DNA of 32,000 bases from Wallemia ichthyophaga EXF-994 (Eukaryota; Fungi; Basidiomycota): the NCBI RefSeq assembly GCF_000400465.1, contig NW_008806289.1, forward strand, positions 228,370 to 260,369. Reading direction: 5' to 3'. The notes under the pieces were generated by a model. It did not search any database, had not been told where the DNA came from, and worked only from the letters and a program-made list of their open reading frames with translations. Made by a program: the position numbers and the translations under genes. Below are positions 22,684 through 32,000 of the stretch, in pieces; the stretch's first letter is position 1; every line of letters begins with the position of its first letter.

Positions 22684-23087
22684 CTACTCATACACTGAAC
22701 GACAAGCCCGATTAAAATATTTTCTTATATCTTAGATTTGATATACTCACAGTGAACCAATCCATATGCCATTGTCCATGCTAGTATGTAACTAAAGAGA
22801 TTATCGCTCGTTGGTATTATAATCTCTGATAAGCCTCCTTGAAAGTATGCTTTATAATTCAATGATCTTGTTTTCAGTGTTATCAATAATAGTGGTAGCA
22901 GTGGTCCTAGCACCAAAAAGAAGATAAGCCCGCTCAAGTTGATCAAGCCAAGTACTCCTGCCACTCCACCTAAGAATAACGACAGCGTTGATCTAATTAC
23001 AAATAACTCTCTGTTATTTTTCTGCTGGTTATCTGTGTAGATCGGATCCCGCTTGTCCTCCTCGTTGAATTGCACGCTGGTGTTCAT
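22684..23087 (-). CDS. EMC6: ER membrane protein complex subunit 6
   Basis: IRSTLSLFLGGVAGVLGL...YF...LFSYILAWTMAYGLVH followed by a terminal intron to LYE-stop at 22684. There is an alternative in-frame ATG at 23141. Confidence 0.85.
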
Positions 23088-23369
23088 CTGCTTAGTCTTG
23101 GTAGTTGAGGTTAGAGAGGCCAAGTGAAGGAGTATAGACATCAAGCTTACTTGATAGCACTGACTGAAACTTCTTGGTTCAAGGTCCCTTCGTTACTTGT
23201 CACGCTGCTATCAACTTACACAGTCTTGAGGAGGTGTAGTTGAACAGGTTGCAACGATAGTCCAGTATTAATTATGCTTACATCTTAAAATTCACAAATA
23301 TCAAAACAGCTCATACAAATCAAGGAATGTTCAAGGGAAATGAATGAATCTAAGACAAACTCTAAAATT

Positions 23370-24474
23370 CTATGAAGAGGTGGAGGTGCTAACATAAGAC
23401 TTCTTGAAGCCAGAGTACCAACCGCAAACTAAATCATTGAAGACTAAACAACAGACTGTATGTGGAGCAATACGTAAAAACTGAGCACTTGTTCCCTTGT
23501 ACAACCCAGTTACACCTTCAGCTTTCACCGTCTTGTAGAGACAGTCTATTGGGTTCTTGTAGAACTGTCCAACTGACTTTCCATTCTCCATTTTCTGTGT
23601 AGGCTGATTGTACATTCTTGTGAGCGCAACATCAGGCGGCTGCATCATCAAACAAACGCAAGCGCCTGAAATACTTGACGAGAATATAAAGTTGGCTAAG
23701 GAGGTTGGTTCAAATATACCATTAGATGAGAAGTATGTTTTGGCAGCAATGTACGTTGGTAGTTGGACGGAACTACCCATGCATGTTCTTAAGATTGCTG
23801 CATCCATACCTCTAATTAATCCTGATATACCTTCTACCCGTATAACTGATTTGAGTGCATCATAGCCGTGTCTATAATGATGCTGAGTTCCAACTGGTAA
23901 ACTTGGACTGTACGCTTGCATGCGCGCTTTGATAAGATAAAATGGATTTCCACTAGCCGCACCCATCATTCCACTAACAATACCCGCACCAACCGATGTT
24001 GTTGTAACATTCTTATCGGCAGGTATACCTGTATTGAGTTTGAGCGAGTGTGGAGATGCAATAACAAAAGTACTCACCCGTTAATGAGTTCAACTGTCTC
24101 CTGACAGGCTCGTAGAATCCTTGTTGGGATTTAGTAGATGATATCACATCGTAATGACAGTTACCAACCTAATCTACATCCGTTGAGGGCTGAATTGAGT
24201 GTGAGAATGCAAAAATTCATTATAACAGATACCGACCTGTTTGATAAACATAAGAAGTTCCCAATCCCCTTTGCAAACCTCTGATACCTTCATGCCTATA
24301 AGTTTTCGTGAAAACTTCACCAACGTTGTTGTAAACCTTTACGCCTTGCTTTGACAATTCTCCCTGCAACTGTAATCTAGTCTTTGCCACTTCCATTGGA
24401 TTTGAGAGTGTAACTGCCCCGCAAGAAGCTGCGGCTCCGCAGAAAAAGCCCTCAGCAGTTGTTAATTCGCTCAT
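23370..24474 (-). CDS. OAC1: Mitochondrial oxaloacetate/sulfate carrier
   Basis: Three carrier repeats (NPMEVAKTRLQLQGE, NPFYLIKARMQ, QPPDVALTRMYNQ). EGIRGLQRGL...YQTALNGCRLGFYEP spans a 21-nt exon (24169-24189). Confidence 0.88.
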
Positions 24475-24486
24475 CGATTGAATTTA

Positions 24487-24955
24487 TTATTTATCTTGCT
24501 TCTTATTTACACTAATTGGTGTAGCCTTCAATATGCTATTTGTACAGGTTGATGTATTCTGGATAACTAAATTTGAGTTTATGGTATGACTTGGCTGTAG
24601 CTTGTAGAATTCGTGTGACACTCTAAATATTGGAGTATCTGTATCCAAGCCCTTTGTACTCGTTGGTGGTGTGACTAAGAGGAAGTCCATTGACTCACAA
24701 TAAGCTGAAAATCATCCGAGTCTATGGCAGAATCCTTCAAAGCAGATGACGCGTCTATTATTGCCATATCTTCTTCCAACTAAATTTCTTGTAAGCGTAT
24801 GCGTATCCGTTTCACGTGCTTCTACAGACCTCTTCCCATCCTTCGCTTTCGTCAAATTCCTTTACCTGCTTGTATTTATCGTCTAGTAATTTAGTTGCCC
24901 TTGTGTTACCCTCCATTAAGCCTTTGCATCCCACTTGCTTATCGCCTAAGCCCAT
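24487..24955 (-). CDS. TFIIIC subunit 6-like protein (TFIIIC_sub6/Sfc7 type)
   Basis: Reconstructed across two introns: ...EGWEE|LEEDMAIID...DFQLI|GLDTDTPIFRVSHEFY...SHTINSNLVI. GWEE and QLIGLDTDTP resemble the triple-barrel TFIIIC_sub6 motif. ATG at 24955 or 24916. Confidence 0.65.
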
Positions 24956-25067
24956 GACGGAATCTAAAGAGATGCACACGACACTCACTGTAGGAATAGT
25001 TCTAATGAATGAAATGTAAATGAATCTTTAATTGTTATTTAAGAATGCTTAACAATGCTTAATTAGC

Positions 25068-27962
25068 TTAGATATTCTTCTCTAACCACTGCTCAACATC
25101 CTTCTTGTCTCTGGCTAACCATTGAGAGTTACCCTTGACAGCATCGAGGCCTTGGTTGAGCGAGGAAGAGTACTTGCTTGTGTCTCTGTGTTTAAAGAAC
25201 TCTTCAACCTCGTTAACGTCGTTTGGTTGAGCAAGACCATCGAATGAGAAACTAATTAGTCTACCAAGTGAGAAATTACCTTCCAATCTCTTCTCGAGCT
25301 TATTAAGGTTAGCCTTTGTGTATTCCCATAATTTACGACGTGAGATAGGGTTGTTGCGCAATGCTACGTATGGGTACATTAAGTCTCTGTTGATTAGGTG
25401 GTTAGTTGGTGTATAAAATATTCCATCATCACTCACTGATTCTTGAAGCCGTGTTCAATAAAGTCAAAGGTCTTTTCAATGAGTTCTTCATGCTTTGTTG
25501 ACCCTAATGCCAACATCGCAGCAATCTTGTGCATTGGAGTTGGTGGGTTAGGGTTTTTAACAATTTCGAGACATTTGCTCCATTCAGCTTCACCACCGTG
25601 TTTGACAGCTTGTGCGTAGATAACCCTGAGCAAGTCGTTTGGAATGAGAGAGTCGTCGTCCTTTTCAAGTAATGGTTGGAAGCGTCTCTTTATTTCCTGA
25701 ACCACAGCTTTATCATTAGCAGCAGCAGCAGATGCAATCGACAATTCTCTTAATTGAAGAACATCTGGAGAGTCACCCTCTTTATTGTCAAATCCAACTT
25801 GTTTAACAAGTGGGGAAAATAATTTGCGTCTGAGAGCGTCAATCTTTTCTCTAACTGATAAGCTTTCTTCACACCAGACACTAGAAAGGTTAGCTAAGCT
25901 TGTAGCCATTGATGACCATACAAGGTACTCCTTCTCGTTCTTGAGTTGACTAATGAAACCCAAAGCTCCAGATGTTGGGCCATTACCAGCCTTGGCTAAA
26001 ACGAAAGCGTCGTTCACTAAACCAATTCTGTCATTGAGTGAGAATGACGAGTCTGACTTTGACGCTTCAATGCCAAGCTTAGCTAAGCGTTCAGGGGAAT
26101 ATAAGACTCTGTAAACACCAGCAGTTTCCGCGTTGAGTTTCCAGTTTGAGCTTGATACGTCGGATAAAGCAAACTCGGCTTGACGCTTGTTCAATGCAAC
26201 AGTTTTGTCGATATGATCACCTTGACGAATGAACAATGGAACGTGCCATTCAGTTTCATTCTCTTCAGCAGTCGGCTTACCAGTGCTCAAGAATCTGTCT
26301 TGACGAACTTGAATACCATTTTGACTTTCGTTGACAGTGAGGACAGGGAAACCTTGCTTGAGTGTCCAAGGATCCATGATAGCTTGTACGTCGATTCCAG
26401 CTGCTTCAGCGATACCGTTCCAAAGGTCTTGGGTTTCAGCGTTGCCTGTGATGTGTGAGGGTAAATTGGTGGATGAAAAATAACTCACCATAAAGGTGCT
26501 TCTTGAGATAGATTGAAACCCCTTTCAAGAAGGTTTCCTCACCGACCATGTTTGAAAGCATGCGAAGGACAGAACCACCCTTGGAGTAAGAGATGGCGTC
26601 GAAGATTTGGTTGATCGTAGCAGGATCTTTAACAGGAACTTGAATAGGGTGAGATGATTTAAGTGCATCCAAATCAAGTGCTCTGTGGAGGTGTTGAGTG
26701 ATAAATTCACTGTAGACCTTCCATTCAGGTCTGATTCTATCAATGACGATAATTTCACCGACCAAGGTCGCGAAAGCTTCGTTTAACCAAAGACCGTGCC
26801 AATCTGCCATAGTAACAACATTACCGAACCATTGGTGTGAAACTTCATGTGATTGAACACCGACGACTCTCTTTTCAGCATCCAAACCAGACAACTTATC
26901 ATCATAAAGGTAAACCGAAGTCCTACCGGTAATCAAACCCCAGTTCTCCATTGCACCTGCGTCGAAATCATTTGCAACCAAAGTGTCTAACTTTGGTAAT
27001 GGGTATTCAATGTCGAAAATTTTCTCATAGAGAGGTAATACTTGAGACTTTGCATCTAAACCAAGTTTGGCTTGATTGATAAGGTCTGGGGTAGCGTAGA
27101 TTCTTAAAGGTCTAACTTTACCAGAGATAGGGGACTTGTAGGAGGATTCGAGGTGCTTGAAGTGACCGTTGGCCCAAGCAACGAGGTAAGAAGAGATGAG
27201 GGGAGTCTTTTCAAACTTTGTGACGACCCACTCGTCTGGGTTAGTGGATCCAGAGTGTTTCGAGTAGTTGAAAGTGTCAGAAGTAGCTGGTGAAGAGTGA
27301 ATTGGAGGCATATTTGACAAAGCTACCGTGTCTTTTCTGTGAATGATAGAAATGTCGTAAGTAGCTTTAAGGATAGGCTCATCAAGGCAGGGGAAAGATT
27401 TACGAGCAGCGGTTGGTTCATGCTGAGTGAGAGCATAGTAGATATCCTTATCGTCTTGCTTGTAAGAAGATCTATAATAGCCCATCATGCTATCGTCTAA
27501 GGTGGAGTTGAAAGAGATGGACAGGGTTACGTCATCACCTTGATTCAAGTTGAAGGGAAGGGAGAGGTTCAAGCGCTCTAACTTTTCATCAAATGAGTGA
27601 TCAGGGGTTATAGATTGAGACTGTTTGATTGAATTGGTGTATAGATTGATGTAGTGTATCTTTATGTTCTTATGAGAGTGCAAGCTAATCAAATCAGTGG
27701 ATTGCTTCACTTGGAATTGAATATCCACTAATCCTTCGTAATTACAATCAACCAAATCAGATTTTAATTTTAAATCGTAATTTATCGGCTTTAATGATTT
27801 TGGCAGTCTAAACTCTGACATGATTGTTTTGGTTGAAGAGGCGTTGAGGAGGTGCTGGTGATGCTTGACATGTGAGCAGCAAAAGTGGAGCTGCCTGCGA
27901 TTGAAATTAGATTTTAATTTTAACCTAAAATGATTCCCCAGTGCTCTCCTCAGCGGCAACAT
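25068..27962 (-). CDS. M1 family aminopeptidase (Ape2/puromycin-sensitive type)
   Basis: TQHEPTAARKSFPC, GAMENWG, HEVSHQWFGN...WLNEAF and DAISYSKG motifs plus an ERAP1-like C-terminal region. Two introns. In-frame ATGs at 27962 and 27821. Confidence 0.95.
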
Positions 27963-27979
27963 TGGAGGAGTGATTTGAG

Positions 27980-29055
27980 ATGAATTTTGATTTGTTTGAT
28001 TGTAAAAAACTGAATTTCGTCTTGAGGAGAATTGTTTGGTGCGTTTGAATTTGTTTGATTTTGTTATCTTAACCAAGCAAAGGTCTCCAAGTGGCAGATA
28101 TCTAGTCACACAGGATGATGACCATTCTTTGAATATTTTTGAGCTACTTAATCATCGTATAGAGCTGACCAATAAGCTCAAATCTTCCACTCCAATTATC
28201 AATTTCTTTATTCACTCAATTAACTTCTACTACACGGACCAATTACCTATTTTCTTATCTACGAGGGACAAACCTTTGCAATTATTGAATGGCTTGAATG
28301 GCGCAATACACTCCAGTTACAATTTAATAAAGAACGATGCTTTCTTATCTCCGTTCGACTTGTTTCAATTGGGTGATTCTCTGTTTTGTTCTTCAAAATC
28401 TTCAATCTACAAATTCAACATAAACAACTCTAACGATTTTGAATGTTTTAACCTCAAACAGTCTCAATCTGGTATAATTTCTTCCATTGACTTTAACAGC
28501 CTTTACGTCGCATCCGGTGACTTATCAAACAATCTAGCTATCTACACTTTAGATTTTGACCTAGTTTTGCTGCTGACTGATCTTCCTCAATCCATTATCC
28601 AGTTGAAGTGGCTGTCTGAGAGTTTAATTATCATCAACTTTCGACATTTTGACTACTTATACATCTACGATATAAACACACCTTCAGCTCCTTTAAACTA
28701 CTTATCTAGACCTTCGAATACTAATCAAAACTTCTACTTTGACCTCTATTACAACTGGCTAATTTCAGGTGACAAGCTGGGTAATATATCTTTCTTCAAC
28801 TTATCAGATCTCACTTTAGATGGTTCTTTATTCCAACCATCACATAGTTTGCGCTTATCATCAGACTCTATCAATTCTATCTCTCATCATCCTCATTTAC
28901 CACTAATATCACTTACATCAAATTCAAGAAAATTTTTATATAACACATCCGACTCATCAGACACATCAGATTCAGATAATGACTCCATCAATCAAGTTGA
29001 ACAATTCTTATCTTTTAACCTATTAATCTTCAATCTATCACCACCCCTTCAATAA
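27980..29055 (+). CDS. WD40 protein, TCAB1/WRAP53/Swt21-like
   Basis: ATG 27980 and intron 28039-28082 give RRIVWSPSG. STRDKPLQL, QSGIISSIDF and NTNQNFYFD resemble TCAB1-family blocks. Confidence 0.65.
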
Positions 29056-29070
29056 TCCTCGTAATTAATT

Positions 29071-30261
29071 CTAGTCACTCATCTCTTCATCTATCAATCT
29101 ACGGATCAACATCGGTGGATACTCCCCGTCATTGGTTATAAAGACCGTAATCATTTCCGGTTTGACGTACTCATAATAAGGTACGCCTACATCTACCCGA
29201 TCAACTACCCTTCCATCATCATACTTAATCATTTTGCCTGAGTTCACATAGTCACTTGAACTGAATTCTCCGCTTTCCCTGTTATCCTTATTTGATGTTA
29301 TCTTAAATTGACCCGTTACACATATTACAGGTGTCGCATGCATCCCTGCAATCGCACTGGTTAAATAAGTGCCCGTCTCTGCTATAATTCCACCATTTGA
29401 TAACACCACATGCGTCCCAATTACTACTTTTGTTATGCGTGGCATTAATGAATAAATCGTCGAATCACTGATCATTATCACTTTAACACCTTTAACTTGC
29501 TCTAACGACTTGACCATGTCTTTCCCATTAAATAATGGTGCATTTTCCGCAACATAAACCATTAGCCCACCCGAGGTTGTTGCTGCTGATTTTATAAACG
29601 ATTCAGCCGTTTTGGATTTTCCAATCGTCAAAATTACATCGGTTGACTTAATGTGGTTCGACGCGTTCTTAGAAACCTGCTCATATGTAGTTTCTATTTC
29701 ATCAATCACTTCTTGTATCGCTTGTATCATGACTGTTGTCGATTTTCTATTAAAGTCGTCGATATCTGAATTGCTTTTTTGAAATTGATATGACGAAGAT
29801 TGAGCTGTACTATCATTCATTTGATCTTTAGGTAATCCAACGTCATATAACTTTGGTGTCATGAAGCTCGATCGAAGTGCAGGCTCTGAGCTATCTAGAT
29901 TTGAAGCTCTAAGTGCTTGCTGGTATTCTTCTCTGATCAATTTAAGGACCTTGCGAGTCACGTTGATGATTGCCAACTCTTTGGGCTGTGAATCTAAAAG
30001 GGATTGACCAACAGCCTCGACGATTGCTAATAACTCTTCGATAGAGCTAAATTTCGCGTTAGAAACGACAAGTCTTAACAATAAAGCAGTCTCTAATGCT
30101 GTTTGATTGCTGCCTACTATCTTCCTATCGGTGGTCTTAACTGTGTGTCAAGTGGAACGCAGCACCCACCTTCTTCTCAACTTATCAGATAGCTGAGTTA
30201 TCTGACTCAAAGTTGTGCGAGATTTTCCTCTAAATTGATTCCCATTTATTTCGATAGCCAT
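29071..30261 (-). CDS. GCD7: Translation initiation factor eIF2B beta subunit
   Basis: Exon 1 ends ...KLRR and joins after an intron to RKIVGSNQTALETALLLRLVVS. Also QPKELAIINVTRKVLKLIREE, HIKSTDVILTIG, KVVIGTHVVLSNGG and TNDGEYPP. Confidence 0.88.
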
Positions 30262-30308
30262 CTTCTTCGTCGACGTCTACTTTCAACGCCAAATTCTGGA
30301 AATTTTAA

Positions 30309-31738
<1,430 letters not shown>

Positions 31739-32000
31739 TATTTTTCGACTTTCATAATCCATCTTATATATCATTCAACTATTTATCATACTAATATTGT
31801 AAAGATCAATGTATTGAGTCTAAAAATAGCTCGATTGATAAACATCTGTTGGTTCAGCTTGCTTAGATTCATGCGGCTACCAACATAGTTGAAAATGGTA
31901 GAACAGCATCTTGTTGAGCACCTCACCAACGCTCGATTAAACGAAAAACAGGGAAATGCTTATTCGCTATTCATGATTGTTACGACTTCGATATTGACGT

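Noticed and set aside
23140-23290. TPP riboswitch, tRNA, snRNA or snoRNA in the EMC6-OAC1 gap
   Set aside because: There is no TPP core (CTGAGA, ATACC), no complete B-box or cloverleaf, and no C/D box pair. H/ACA-like words are too short to be significant. Only the stem-loop is reported.
1500-28100. Apparent frameshifts or pseudogenes where the ORF track breaks (GH47, RAD51, LAM, kinase, xanA, amine oxidase, aminopeptidase)
   Set aside because: Each break is resolved by a short intron with plausible donor, branch point and acceptor that restores conserved motifs.
31800-32000. Possible start of another gene (plus-strand ATG near 31895, MVEQHLVEHL...) at the window end
   Set aside because: It is too short and has no recognisable motif, so it cannot be supported without flanking sequence.

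Overview
Eukaryotic (fungal) genomic DNA, extremely gene-dense: 21 spliced protein-coding genes could be reconstructed by hand in 32 kb (about 1.5 kb per gene), with introns mostly 42-55 nt (GT-AG, one GC-AG) and intergenic gaps often under 70 nt. That architecture and the protein styles suggest a compact basidiomycete such as Wallemia (inference, not verified). Gene order: CYP450 (5' partial), GH47 alpha-1,2-mannosidase, RAD51, HIS7, GRAM/VASt sterol transporter, MRPL32, enolase, PX-like/AGC kinase, XanA xanthine dioxygenase, copper amine oxidase, MFS sugar porter, CMS1, UPF0132-like membrane protein, paraoxonase-like protein, EMC6, OAC1, TFIIIC subunit 6-like, M1 aminopeptidase, TCAB1/WRAP53-like WD40, eIF2B-beta, RVB2. 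No tRNA, rRNA, transposon or CRISPR was found. The most notable signals are a 14-nt same-strand CDS overlap (MFS/CMS1), start-to-start gaps of 17 and 25 nt, a 12-nt tandem gap, an MRPL32 lacking both its zinc-knuckle cysteines and its long presequence, a GATA-site array with an inverted repeat upstream of xanA, a Gcn4-type site that doubles as the start of a His-containing uORF at HIS7, and a possible splice/hairpin switch on the EMC6 leader. All coordinates, exon joins and family calls were made by eye; no database search was run.
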